DNA of 64,000 nt, from positions 119,910,001-119,974,000 of the forward strand of contig NC_045696.1 of the NCBI RefSeq assembly GCF_009834535.1, given 5' to 3'. The translations under genes were made by a program, and so were the position numbers. The DNA is from Camelus ferus. Taxonomy: Eukaryota. A model generated the notes under the pieces. That model did not search any database. It was not told the origin of the DNA and was given only the letters and a program-made list of their open reading frames with translations. Numbering within the stretch: the stretch's first letter is position 1; the number at the start of each line of letters is the position of its first letter. Positions 1 through 12,785 of the stretch are shown here, piece by piece.

Positions 1-337
1 TCACCTCCATCTTTCCTGAGTGGGGCTTAGCTTTGTTTGGGAAAGACATCTTTCCCACAGCAGACCTCAAATGGGACGTGCCTGCTGGTCACCAGGTGGA
101 GGGACACTCCTGGGCTCATGTACAAGGCTGTTAACTGTGCCTAAGTCTCAGGCCGTCGGCGTAGTGATGGTGGTTTGTCGTGGGCAGGATCAGCCCAGGG
201 GTGGTGTCCAGAGGGACCACTGGTCAGCCTGGTTCCCTCAGCCTCTACCGCAATTCCTGGGGTGATGTTACATGGCCCACGTCGTCCCATGTGAAGCCAC
301 CGCCTTCATACTGGGACCTCCAGATGGGAAATCAGTA

Positions 338-343
338 AATAAA
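338..343 (+). terminator. Candidate poly(A) signal AATAAA, possibly the 3' end of COLQ
   Basis: AATAAA followed by GU/U-rich sequence (gtgtgcttccctgtggtgg). COLQ lies tail-to-tail with EAF1 in the conserved mammalian order COLQ-EAF1-METTL6-SH3BP5. No COLQ coding sequence is visible, so the assignment rests on synteny. Confidence 0.4.
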
Positions 344-1914
344 GGCCGTGTGCTTCCCTGTGGTGGCTCTCTCTTCCCTAGGGGTGTGGGGCTGGTGTCC
401 CAGAACTGCTGGCTGGAATGAGAGGTCTGAATTCAAGTCTGCTTCACAGACTCTGCAGAGGGTTCTGGAATGTGGGAGCAGTCCTGCTCCCTCAGGGACG
501 AGGGAGGAAACTGAGGTCCAGGGATGTGGAGGGACTTGCCCAAGGTCACAAAGCCCAGTCTTGCAAACCCAGCCCTGCCCCCAGCTTCGTGTTAGAATCT
601 GGTTGAGGACAGAATGGAGCTCCAAAACAGCCCTGAGACTTGGCCAGGAGGGCACTGCTCTGGGCTCCCTCTGGCTGTGACCAGGCCAGGAGGAGGAGGT
701 CTCTGGGGCCAAGGTGACATTTGTACACTCCATGCTCCAGGTACTGGGAAGCCCTAATTCCCCACCCTAGGGGTCCTGCTTCCTGGGCCTACACAGCCCT
801 CTCCCCCGTCTTTCCTCCTGCATGACTCACACATAGCTGTAAGCATGAGGGGTGGCCAGGACAAGTGGTTTGCAAGGGCCGGAGATGGAGCTTGGACACG
901 CAGGCTGGGGTTTCCTGGGACAGACACGCCGGTTACCCATCACTAGATGTGCGTGGAGGGCATGTGTGGGTCAAACTGCTTAAGAATCTCTAAATCTCAT
1001 TATATAAATGGGCCAACCTACACTCCAGTTTTACTGTTTTACTGGGTTGTCGCCCGCCCCCCCCCCCCCCGGAGTGGAGGGAACCAGTTAAATTTTCAAC
1101 GAAGCACCTGTCTTCCATTTGTGTGGTCACAGTGAGCTCTCAGCTGGAGGACCCTGACAGTTCACCAAGGAGACTGTTGCCCTGGAGCAGCCCAGTTACC
1201 ACCGTGGGTGCAGAGGGTCTACAGGTGTGGGGCTGTCTCCCCCATCTTCATGGTAACCATTCTGGGGGGGTGTGGCTCCTATGAGAGGAGTGGGTGAAGG
1301 ACTCCCCACCTCACCCAAGCCCCACCTCGAGGAAGAGGATGGGAGCTCACACTGCCTTCGCCCGAGGGCTTTCTCTCTGGTGGGGAGGGGCCACCTGAGT
1401 TCCGTTCAGCCCCAGGCAGCTGACTGATTTTAGAGTCAGACTAGTCTCCAGGAAACAACCTTACCAAGGAAAGAAACTGGCCATTTCCCTTGTCCCCCAC
1501 CCCCATCCCACTGCTCCCTTCAGAGAAAGGAGGTGCCCACATCACAATGAGGTTATCCCCCGGGACTTCCTCAAGGGCAGCGATGAATGTTCTGTGCTGT
1601 TCCACCCCATGGCCAGCCCCACTCCCCTGGGTGCCCTGGGATGGGAAGGTGACAGCAGTCGTGGTGGTCGTGGGGCTCACCTGGGGAGCTGTGTCCCAGG
1701 GGAGGGAGTGGCTCCCAAGCTGTTGGGTTCATCAGAACGACCTGGAGAGCTTGTTACTCTGACTCAGCAGGTCTGGGGTGAGGCCTGAAAATCTGGGTTT
1801 CTTGCAGGGTCCCAGGGATGCAGGTGCTGCAGACCAGGGACCAAAGAGCCCACTCTGGGGAGAGGGCTCGACCAAAAGCGATGAGGCCGGAGACACAGGG
1901 CAGAGGTGGGGACA

Positions 1915-2190
1915 GGTGTGGGTGGCTTTTCATACACTTTCATTCAGAGGTGGGGTCTACATCCCTTCCCCTTGAATCTAGGTGAGCTTTTGATCACTCT
2001 GACCATTAGAACACTGCGAGGCGATGCCGCACCCTCCAGGGCTGGGTCCTAAGAGGCCGCATGGCTCCTCAAGACACTCGTTCTAGGGAAGGCAGCCACC
2101 TTGTGAGAAGACAGGGAGGCCACGTGTGGCCCCACGAGCCTGTGTCCAGCCATCGCACCGCAGGGCCAGACACGTGAGTGCAGCCAGCAT
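1915..2190 (+). mobile_element. MLT1-type (ERVL-MaLR) LTR relic
   Basis: gaggtggggtctacatcccttccccttgaatctagg...gaggccacgtg resembles the MLT1 consensus as recalled; boundaries approximate. Confidence 0.5.
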
Positions 2191-2234
2191 GGATAGGTTT
2201 CTAGTAAGAAAATAAAACCCACAAGACATGAAGT

Positions 2235-5141
2235 GCAGGGCTGACCTTCACTATTTACTTAAGTATAGTGATCTTTGAAACCAAAAAAACTTTACACAGC
2301 AAATACTTTACATAAATAAAAACATGCACATCTACTTCATAATTAAGCAAAATAAACTTTCAGGAACAAGATATTAATAACGGTTAACGAATGAGACATG
2401 AACCCAAGATGGAAGTGGTAAGAGCTGGAACAAGACACATTCCATGACACTTCACTTGGTCTTGTCCACCTACTCAGGCTAAGGCCTGAGTTTCGGGAAT
2501 CCCACCTTCCTCGCCAAATGGAAACATTCAACTTGGCCGTACCTGACAGATATCCACAGAACAGACGCTTACCCTTTCCAAATTATATAACAAATCCCCC
2601 CACTTAACCAGCCTTTCAGATAGAGAAGTAAGGATTTTGGAATTTTCAAGTTTTCCCGCCACTGAAGCACATCCCTATTAATATCACACATAGGAAAAAT
2701 GATTCTGCTGCAGAAATAAAATGGTAAATGGTTGATGACTGGCACCCGGACAAAGCTCTAGTCTGTTTAAGTTTCCCCAGACTGCGTCTTGACTGCGGCA
2801 GGTTGCCATGGCTCCTGAGATACTTGGGAGTTGCTGAGTGGCCCACGACATGGCAGATGTCACACAGAACAAAGAAAAGGCAATTTAAACTATTTAGCTT
2901 GAGACTTCAAACCCGTGGAAATCAGCACGGGTAGTTTTCGGCTGTCTCCAAGTGCTGGGAATGTTGGCCCTCCGCGTGCCCCTGCGCTCCGCAGGCTGCT
3001 CCCCTGCCCCTCCCTGCAGGCTGTGAGCACCGAGTGTCCCGTGTACACTCCAGGGAAGGAGGGGAGAATGGCGGCTCCTGCTTAGAAGGCGTTCCTGCCA
3101 ACCAGAGCCCAAGTGAGAGGAAGGGCTGTGTGTGCAGATGGCACTCCAGTTGGCTGAAACCCAGAGGAAGAGCCCAGGAACGGGGCAGCCACAGAGCCCT
3201 GGGAGAGGGGCCGGGGTGGCGGTGTGGGGCTGAGAAGGCACAGACCCAGAGAGAGCAAGTCCAGCTCAGCTGGCGGGAGGGCTCTCGTGAGAAGCAGTCT
3301 GTGGGGCCAAATTCTGGGTTTCCAAAGAGCAAAGATTCCTCACTCTGTCAGGTAAAGCTGGAGAGGGAGGAGAGGGAACCCTGAAGGCCTGAGCAGAGAA
3401 CAAGCCTGGAGCTGTGATCACAGATGATACACCAGCAGGGCTGCGCCAGGGGTGACGGGGGGACGGTCCCAGCTCAGCGCACCCGGCTCACCCAGCCCAC
3501 GGCCACCTATGAGCACTTCCTATGAAATAAACACCTTGACCCGACGTGCCCCAAACCACAGTCTGTCCATATAAATCAGGACTTCGGGCAAAACTAAAAG
3601 AGGGAGGCTTAGGTAGACTATTTTTAGTTCAAGTTCCTGGAACCTGCCCCAGCCTGAGCACGCAGAGGGCAGGGAAACCACCCCCATGTCCGGCAACAAG
3701 TCTCCCAACCAGGACCTGACCTTCCCTGAGCTGCCGCTACTGAGGAATTAAAAACCAAGTATCTGTTCACTCTAAGTCAGCTCTCCCCACCATGAAGCCC
3801 GCTGAAGCCTTGTCCGGGCTCAGACCCCACCTCGGGGCACCAGCCTGTCCCTCTGCCTTTCTGGGTCCAGACCGCTCCCCTCTGGGGCTGGGAAGGGAAA
3901 GGCCATCCCCAGGGAGGAGAATTGCTCTTAATGTTCCCGATGCCCACTGAGCCAAAGAAGACGGAGTTTCTCAGAACATGTTCACTCAAATGCCGGAACG
4001 GGCTACTCCCCGGGAACGGCGGGCCGGTTTAGCACACGTCCACTGAACACAGAATGTGACTAGTGGCCGGTTTCCTGCAGCAGCGGATTCGCCTGGAAAC
4101 TGCAACTCCAGAGGCAACCTGTGACTTTTTGCCAGGCGCGGTCTGGGAGCCAGGCACACACAGTGCTTCAGAAGCACGAACAGAAACACCTCACCACACA
4201 CTGCTGCTTGTTCCCCGCTAACAACGCCTATCCAAACCCTGGTGTGGAAACCGGCCGCTGGGTCCTGTGCTCAGAAAGGTTCCTTCCCCTCCCACCACCA
4301 CCCCTTGGAAGGACACCAGTATGGTCCGTGTGGAACGCCAGGCCTCAGCATGGCGGCCACTGCTTTAATCTGCTCCCCCCGCCTTGTGTATTTAGGGGCT
4401 GTTTGGATCTCAAATGGAGCTATAAGTAGCCAACAATTCTGCCTTCTGGAAGCCAATGCAAGTTCCAGCACACAACTCTGATTCCCAAGTATAAGACTCT
4501 CTGTTCTAGCAAGTGAGACTCAGGGCAGGGAGCAGTGGGCAAGGCCCAGATGGGGGCCAGACTGGCCGTGAACCAGCCGTATGCTTCCCCTCGCTTGCAG
4601 ACAAGGGGCTGACCGACAGTGCTGCAGGGACCCCAGGCTGGCTTGGGGGTGGTCAGACGGCTTCCTTACCACTTCAGGGCAAAAGTTAAAGTGGCTTAGA
4701 CACACTTCTGTGCTGCAGGGGGAGGGCCCCCTCTCCCGCCCTGAGACTGCCTTTTCTTTCACTGGTGCAAAACATCTGGCCAAGCTGGCGGCTGCTGAGG
4801 GTTAAAACTGAAATCACTGGCCAGGTGAAGAGACGCCTTTGAGCACCTAGACCAGGGCACGCCTGTCTGTTCTTCATTAACGGTGTTAACCAAATAAGAA
4901 AAGATTCTGTTAGTTCTTCTACAGATCTACTGAAACTCTGAAACGTGAAATTGTTCAAAAATTACACGAGAAAATCACCCATCACCACTAAGTTAAAGAC
5001 ATGGATATCCGAGGCCCGAGAGCCTCCCTCCTCCCACAGTCCCCGACCCACCGCATCCTCCCCTTGGCAGCGGGCTCGCGCCGAAGCGCCCGTGCTCACG
5101 GCGGCAGGTGCCCTGGACAGCTGGCTCGGAAAGACCCGGCT
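2235..5141 (-). other. EAF1: EAF1 3' UTR (~2.9 kb; distal end approximate)
   Basis: Repeat-free sequence after the TAG. U-rich distal end on the - strand with variant signal AGTAAA (2259-2254) followed by GU-rich sequence. Confidence 0.5.
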
Positions 5142-5188
5142 CTAGTCTTCACTGTCACTGCCAGACTCACTCAGCTGCAAGTCGTTTC
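5142..5188 (-). CDS. EAF1: EAF1 (ELL-associated factor 1) coding exon 6: (R)NDLQLSESGSDSED*
   Basis: AG acceptor at 5190-5189, TAG at 5144-5142. Matches the EAF1 C-terminus. Joined CDS is 810 nt = 269 aa + stop. Confidence 0.96.
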
Positions 5189-5794
5189 CTGTGAAGAGAA
5201 AACAGAGTCAAACCAGAGCACACAACTTGAAAACGGCTTCCCTGCCATTCTTTGCTGGATGGAAAAGCAGGCCACTTCAACTTAGTGAGCAAGGAAAACC
5301 GAGGTGGCTCAGTGACAAAACGGGTGCAGTCGCCATTTTTAAAGAACTGCTAATTCTGGTGTCTGCAAAGCACAGCAACACCGCTCACTGGGACAGAACA
5401 GGGGAGGAAGAGAGGCTGGCCAGTTTTTGTATGCGTAAATAAATAGCAAAAAAAATTTATGAATAATTCACTCAGTGTCTAGAACTGTTCACATACGCTG
5501 CTTTACAACTAAAACGACACCGAGCTGGGCTCCCGTAGAGCGCGCTCTCCTCACTGCCCACCTCAGGTCTCAACTAACGAGCTCTGTGAAGTCTCCAACT
5601 TCTGTTCAGTGTGCAGAATTTCGGGTTTAGGGGTAAAGAATGTGAGTATTTCAATCTAATGTTATCATATCAGATAGATTAGCTTAGATTAGATTGAAAT
5701 ATTAATCTCAGGACCCCAGTTGATACCACTTGGAAAAGAACAAAAGTGAACCTTGGTATTTCTGGGTGACTGATCTCCGGGCCACCTCTTCTCA

Positions 5795-6345
5795 GTTTGT
5801 TCTGAGGACCCTGGGGTCCCTGAGATCCTTCCAGAAGGATTCAATCTGCGGCCCTCCTTTTTCTGACTACATATCTATCTGTGTGAGGCCAGATTTTCTT
5901 CATACACTTCAACCTAAATAATCTATGGCAACAGACTGAACGCAGAAGCATATGTAAGAATACAGCTTTCTACCAAGGCAGATGTTGAAGAGATTTGCAA
6001 AATTTTAGGATTTTTTTTTTTTTTTTTTTGCTGGGGGGAGGTAATTAGGTTTATTTGTTTAGTTTTGTGATGGAGGCATTGGGGATTGAACCCAGGGCCT
6101 CGTGCATGCTAAGCATGTGCTCTACCACTTGAGCTATACCCTCCTCTCCGAGACCTGCAAAATTTTAAAGCAATGTTACCTCTCTCACTAAACACCTTTT
6201 TGATTTGAAAATTTTACTTTTCATAAAAATATTATTTTTGTTAACATATGATAGTTCACTATTGTCCTTTTAAATGAATCACTGAATGTTTTAAGTATTT
6301 CTCAGTTTTAATTTCCAATATGGCAAATACTGATAGATAAAAACT
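5795..6345 (+). mobile_element. hAT-Charlie (Charlie1-like) DNA transposon relic, interrupted by a SINE
   Basis: gcaacagactgaacgcagaagcatatg...gagatttgcaaaa...ttttcataaaaatat...gttaacat resembles the Charlie1 3' portion. Confidence 0.6.
6008..6149 (-). mobile_element. tRNA-Ala-derived camelid SINE (vic-1-like)
   Basis: tRNA-like head and poly(A) tail on the - strand. TSD gaga(tt/cc)tgcaaaatttta at 5990-6007 and 6150-6167. Confidence 0.88.
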
Positions 6346-7353
6346 ACACACAGTCTGGTAGTTTCCCATCAGGGATACCAAGCTCCCAGTGTGAAACTTA
6401 CCCACCGGGCCAACCGAGAAGAGCATCCCACACACCCTGACAGCCAGAACCTGGCCCGAGTGGTGGGCAGACACCACCCCAACTGACATCATGACAGTGC
6501 CGAACTCACTCAGGTAGCAGAGCAGGGCCCAGCACGGTGGTCCTCCACCGGCAGGGGTTTTGCCCCCGGGGACATGTGGCCGTGTCCTGAGACACTGAGG
6601 GCTGACACAGCTGGGGGAGCAGCAGGGAGTGCGCCAGCATCCAGGGGAGACGCCAGGGACGCTCTTCACCATCCCATGGTGCATGGGCCAGGCCCCCACT
6701 AGCACATTCACACGTCCACGGTGTCGACGCTGAGAACTATCTTTGCTCCACAGGAGGCAGGTCAACCAGGCCAACTTGCCCGCCACTGCCCCCGACCTTC
6801 CCACAGAAGCCACACCCAGTGAGAGAACATCACAGGGCCTGGAGGGAGAACAGCGCAGAGCCCGCACCTCCCCGCCTCCCCTCCGCCCTGCTGCACTGCC
6901 AACTGCACCGAAAGCCACGGGACACCACAGAGTCCCTTCCTCTCCTCCCACCAAAGCCTAGCAGGCCTTCAAATACATCCGCACGGCACAGGCTCCCAAC
7001 TCTGTGGGCCGTGGGCCCTGCGGTCTGACACAGGGCTCTCGTGTGTAAAGAGACCTGGAGATGGGCGACAGAGGGGGGCAGGCAGCGCCCCTCAAGCTGG
7101 GTATATGCAAAAACAAAGAGCCCGGCTGGTCACGTTTTGGCACTTTCCAGAATCCACAGGGCCTAATTTGTGCCAATGGGGAAAAGCAGGGAGTGAGCAC
7201 GGGTGTTCAGTTTTGCGTGTCCCTCCTTTACTGTCTGGTGACTGCTCCTTTCTGCTCCAGACCGTCTGTCAGGACCCCTCCTTGTGCCTTAGCTGCCTTC
7301 AGCCCGGCCCGAGTCCCCCCACCTGCCAACAAGGTGAGGGACAGCGCACTCAC

Positions 7354-7590
7354 GGAGGGTGCTCATGAGCTGCGTGCTTCCCTGAGGCCGGCTGGTCCCG
7401 TTGGCCACGGCCGGCCGGCTGCCGAAGGGCGGCTGGTGGGGCGGTGGCAGCAGGGGGGACGCAGGGCTGTTGTCCTCGCCGCCGCTGCTGGAGCTCTCGT
7501 CGTCGCTGCCCGACGAGCTCTCAGAGTCGGAGGAGCTGCTCCCGCTGCTGCTGCTCATCTGCTCGATGATGTCCACCTCGGCCCGCAGCT
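7354..7590 (-). CDS. EAF1: EAF1 coding exon 5 (Ser/acidic transactivation region)
   Basis: ELRAEVDIIEQMSSSSGSSSSDSESSSGSDD...QLMSTL; AG at 7592-7591, GTGAGT donor at 7353; 237 nt, phase 1/1. Confidence 0.97.
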
Positions 7591-9101
7591 CTGCGGGGAC
7601 GACAGGACACGTTGGCACCCAGCCCGCGGGACAGGAGCCCGGCAGAGCCAAGACGACGTGACCCGAACCAGCTCTCACCAACAGAAACGCCTAACCTGTC
7701 TCCACACAGACGAGGGAGACGTTCGATTCGCCCAAAACCACCAAAAAGCAAACTGTTTAGGACAATGACTTTTCTAAGAAATGAATTAAGTCTCTTTCAG
7801 CTTTCATCTCCTAAAAAAAGAAAATAGTGAATTATGGGATTAAACCCCAGAAAAGAGCAGAGAGGAGCACTGTTCTGAGGATGATGTGACCCGGATCTGG
7901 AAGGCCCAAGGGCCTGCTCCAACCCACTCTAGCCAGTGAATCTTCAAGGAGCTCCAGGGAGAGGAAGGGCCAGAGCAGACAGCCCTTGGGGTCCTTTCCA
8001 GCTGCAGGAGGAGCCGTGGGGGCCCAGGAGAGACTGTGGGACCACATGGCTCCTCCATCCCCTTCACACACTAGACTGACAGCCACGCCTCCAGGCACTG
8101 CACTTCTGATAATCACAGAGCAGGGAAGGAACACGTTTTATGGAACCATCTCACTGTCTGTGAGTTCATGAAGGACATGGCATAGGACAGAATTGAGAGA
8201 TGGCAGACTTTCCTGTCCAAACACCATGTGGCCTTACACGACTCTGGTTCCTCAAAGCGTACCTGGCAACAACTAATCCCGCGTGGTCCAATTCCTGTCC
8301 GACCAAAGTGAAAACTCTCACAAAGCATTTTAACATCCGTGAGGGAAAAAAAATCAAGAGGCTTAACAACTGTGCACCACGCAGAGTGATCTTGTTTGCT
8401 GAAAGACAGCATTTCCACAAGGTGGAAGAGGCAAGCTTCCCAACGGCAACTTTTGATCTCTCCCTGTTTACTACTGTGATGGATTTAACTTTGTTTCATC
8501 AAACTTCACAAATAGGAAACACCACAGTTACCTTCATAACTTCTTAAGAGTATGGACAACAACACCGCCCACTGTAGAGGGGAGAGAGCCAAGGTCAGCT
8601 GCTCTATCTCAGGTTTACACTGGAGACAGTCTGACCCGACCTCCAGGTCTCCCTAGGCCAGAGTCCACGGCCACTGGCCCTCGTGGTGCGTCCATGTTTA
8701 CACACCGTGTGTTAGTACAAGCAGCTGACATGTCCCTCTGACCTACACACTATACTAATATTTGGCACACTTGGTTTTCACCCCAACATCTTGGACTTTT
8801 CTTCTTCCAAAGCCATCAGGTGCATCGCATGACCCTGAGATGGCAGAGAGGCTTGCTGAAAATGTGGGCTTCTCAGCAGAAAGCTGCAAAGACAGCACAG
8901 CGCCAGCCACTATTCCCGACGGCCCCGTCAAGTCAGGTAAGTGGTAGGCGCCCCGAGCCCATCACATATGCACGGGAGCCCTGCGGAAGCTGTTATGATG
9001 GCAGAGAACACCAGGGCCACCCCAGACAGCGGCCTTGTCCCCTCCACAAAGACAACGCTGTCCTCCAAGTTGCTGTCACAGCTCCAGAAAACACCCTCTA
9101 C

Positions 9102-9292
9102 CTCTTTTGATGTCGTCCAGCTGAGGTTCCGGTGAGGGGTTGTCCTTCAGGGGAGATGTTTTGGGTCCAGTTGGAGGCTTGGTTGGAGCTCTGAACGGCA
9201 CGGGCGGTGGAGGTGGTGGCGGCTGTGATGGCGGTGGGGGCCGAGGGGGCTGCTGCTCCATCCGAGCCTGGATTTTACTGCTCCCCTCAGCT
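9102..9292 (-). CDS. EAF1: EAF1 coding exon 4 (proline-rich)
   Basis: AEGSSKIQARMEQQPPRPPPPSQPPPPPPP...QLDDIKR; AG at 9294-9293, GT at 9101-9100; 191 nt. Confidence 0.97.
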
Positions 9293-10099
9293 CTGAAACG
9301 AGACGCAGACATCACACTGGTGGGGCAGAAATCGTGGTTCTCAAGTTCGCCCAGGGGACCAAGCACCTGGGAGTCTCCGCAGAACCTGGGCTCTTGACAC
9401 AGCCTCAAATACGGATGCGTGTGATTGTATCACATGAACTGATTCTACTGCACAAAGGAGTGAAACAGACTCGCTGCCTGCAGGGGGCTGACGTTTTATC
9501 ACAAGCGGCAGACAAGATACACGGGAAGGATATAATGTGATCATGAGGACCCATCTTACTACCAGAAAATAGAACCACCTGACCTGTGCACACTGCAAAG
9601 TTATAATCACAAGTGCACGAGTTAGTAAATAAAACTAGCTCTTGAAATACTGGTCCCTATGCAATTTTCTCCATTATTTCTTTACTGCTTGCTGATTTTG
9701 CCACGTGCCAGCTCTTGCGGGCAGACAAGTAGAGCATTCCACCCCAAACCAAGAAAATCCTATTCGTTAACAATTTCTTCTGTAAATGGACTGGCTCAGC
9801 ACTCTTCAAAATTTGGTGTGCGCACACGTCACCTGGGGATCTCGTTAAAGTGCAGATTCTGACCACGGAGGTCCTGCAAGTCTGTCCTTTATCAAACACC
9901 TAAGTGATAAAAAGAACTGCGAGTTCCAGGATGACACTGGAGTAAGAGAAGCACCTACAATCGTCAGCTGTTGGAGGCCTAACAGCGGCACCTGGTTCAC
10001 GGAGGTGATCAGCACAAAGGCACTGTGGCAGGAGAGGAGGGGGCTCTGCGGAATGCGGCCCCGGACCAGCCCCAGTCTCACCAACCCTCAGACTTCATC

Positions 10100-10136
<37 letters not shown>
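10100..10136. repeat. Compound (TG)n(CG)n microsatellite
   Basis: Directly visible alternating purine-pyrimidine run. Confidence 0.95.
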
Positions 10137-10255
10137 TTTAAAGGGTAACAACACCGCCTTTCCCAAAGTCATTTGTAAAGATTAGACAATGCACATAAAA
10201 CATCTAGCACAGAGCCTGGCGTGTGGTCACCCCTCGATGAATGGTAGCTGCTTTT
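10137..10255 (+). mobile_element. MIR SINE fragment
   Basis: ttgtaaagattagacaatgcacataaaacatctagcacagagcctggc matches the MIR core/3' part. Confidence 0.6.
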
Positions 10256-10926
10256 ACTTTCGGGGAACAAGTAAAGAAAAGAGGCTAGAGGACGCATGAA
10301 CAGAAGAACCTCAGGATCTAACACTCTCTTTAAAACTTAATTACTCTATTACAGTAACTGCTGTATCACCATATAACAACAGAACCACTGGGTTACTTCC
10401 ATTTATAGAATGAATTTTGATTGTAAGATAAAATTTAATTGGCTTCACGTTAGACGTGTAACGCCTGTTGAATTCAATATTAAAGAGAGCTCACTATTCA
10501 AAAAAAATAGACAAAGCTTCATTTTGGTATTATAATGACCTTGAACATAATCTGGTAAAAAATGTTTGCACTCTAATAAACTATATATATTATTCAATTA
10601 TTCTTTCATAATTACAAATCTGTACATTTAAATTTTATCCCTTAGGTGCTACTATATCAACAATCATGAGATCAATAAAACTGATTTAATTGCGAAGTAT
10701 CCCCCTTTCCTCGATGGCTTCCATGTTTCAGGTCTTAAAAGCATCATTTCTTTTTGTTGCCTTTGAGGAAGAGATGTTTTGTTGACTTGTCTGAGAAGAC
10801 ACGGGTGGAGCCGTTGGGACTGGACAGGACAGGCAGGACCCAGATGCTTGCATCCTTACGCCATCGCTGGCACAAGACTCCAAGCCACAGACACACCCCA
10901 CGTGCCTGCACCTGCTACTCCCGTAC

Positions 10927-11063
10927 CTCGTCTTCTTGACCTGGATGCTGCTGCTGAGTTTCTCCAGCACATACTCCCCGGTGTCGTGGTTAATGATGAG
11001 CACACAGTCCTTCTGGTATGGCCTCTTGTTCCCCTTGAACACAGTCATGGGTGGCGTGGACCC
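10927..11063 (-). CDS. EAF1: EAF1 coding exon 3
   Basis: [48 protein letters not shown] at 11065-11064, GT at 10926-10925; 137 nt. Confidence 0.98.
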
Positions 11064-12690
11064 CTGCATGCCACAGAAGGATAACTGAGACGGTCAGACT
11101 GAACACCGCAGTCGTGAACATTGACACTGAGTCTACCGGGGACTCGACCTCATCAGATCTTTTATCAGAGCTACTCAAAAAGGACCGGAATGAACTGATC
11201 TGCAGTTGAACTCTTTCTGGTTTCCCAAGCGAAAATAAAGAGGAAATAATACAGCAAGAACCCGTGACTGTGCGACTGGCTCTAAGTAATCAAGAAAGGT
11301 GATACACAACTTTAAAATTACTGTACGTTCTTCTGGCGATGGGGCAAATGGTACAAATAATGGTGAAGTGTGAACTAAGAAAAGTCAACGAACCATGACT
11401 TGTCACCGTGAGAAGCAGAGCCGCTGAGTGATCTCTGTATCCCCTTGTAAGTGGGGAGCCCAGCGATGTCCCTTCAGACAAGTCACCACAGAGCACTCCC
11501 CATGGCAGCCCCTAATTCTGATTAGTTTTAAGTAAGCACATCACACCATTCATCTGCCCAAGGCCTTCCCTCACGACCTGGCCCTTCAACCGCACCCCAG
11601 GACTCTGCTGGCCTCCTGTCAGACCCTCGAGCCCCTTCGTGCAGGGATTTAACAAGGCTTCTGCTTGCAACATGCCAACCCCTCCCTCCCTTTCAATTAT
11701 CCAACCTTCAAATCTGCTCAGAAGTCACTTCCTCAGGGAAGCCTTCCAGGATTTCCTAAAAATAAACGCTATGTTTTCTTATATTTAAACTCCATAAAGG
11801 CAAGAAATGTGCTGTTTTGTTCAAGACTGTATTCTCAGTGCCTAGTAATGAGCCAGCCCACCAGGAGGTGCTCAATTAATATTAGACAAATATAGCATTT
11901 AATCCCCTGTATGGAATCAAAACTGCTTGGCTCCTTGACGTTTTATTCATACAGTAAAAATTTAGACTTGTAAGGGACCATAGGGACCATTTATCTAATC
12001 CCTTCCTTTCACATCTGCGAAACTAAGGTCCAAAGGGAGATGATGTAACTTGTCAAAGGCAACAAGTAATGAGGTGGCAGGTGGAACCGGCAGACAGTAA
12101 TTCTTCCTCAGCACCAAGCTTCCCAGGGCTCCCTGTCCAGACCTTTTCATTCTATCCCTGGTTACCAAGAACTTCCAATGTTCCAGGACAGGGCCAGGGC
12201 ATGCGATGACACCTGTTCATTAAGAGTATCTTGTCTGTTCCTTTGGGTTTTGTGATCAGACTGCTGCCTCGGGCAAGGCTTCAAAACAGTCTCTCTACAA
12301 GGATTCCTCATCCTTACTTGAGCTAAATACTCTGAACCTCTGGTTCCGCCTGAAACTACCAGCCTGCACATCACCCCTTGCCAGATACATGAACCATGTC
12401 GCCCCTGCCTTCCCACGCTCTTAAGCTGTTACAGCCTTTGTATCCGCAGGGCGCCCAAGACTTTCCTCTCTACAGTTGATTGGGGGAAAATGGCAAAGAA
12501 TTATTTTTACTCAAGTACCTGGGAAGCATGAATTCTATCCCACCCACCCCAACCCCCCCCAAAATTCTTTTTCCTTATACTGGCACTTTGGAAATCTAGA
12601 ACGTTTTAAACAAGAGAAAATCAAATCACAACAACATAGGATACAAGGCTTCACAGTGATCCCACATTAAAACAATGGAGTAAAACTCAC

Positions 12691-12785
12691 AGGGATATGT
12701 GGCAGCGTAATTGTGACTTCATCTCCTTTGCCAACCTGTAGCTCTCCTTCACAGGAAGTGTCTATAGATGCTGGCTTAAAGTCAT
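12691..12785 (-). CDS. EAF1: EAF1 coding exon 2
   Basis: (Y)[31 protein letters not shown] by manual translation; AG at 12787-12786, GTGAGT donor at 12690; 95 nt. Confidence 0.97.

Noticed and set aside
6259..7768. 231-aa and 235-aa ORFs in EAF1 intron 5 and antisense to exon 5
   Set aside because: No recognisable domain; one is the antisense shadow of a GC-rich exon.
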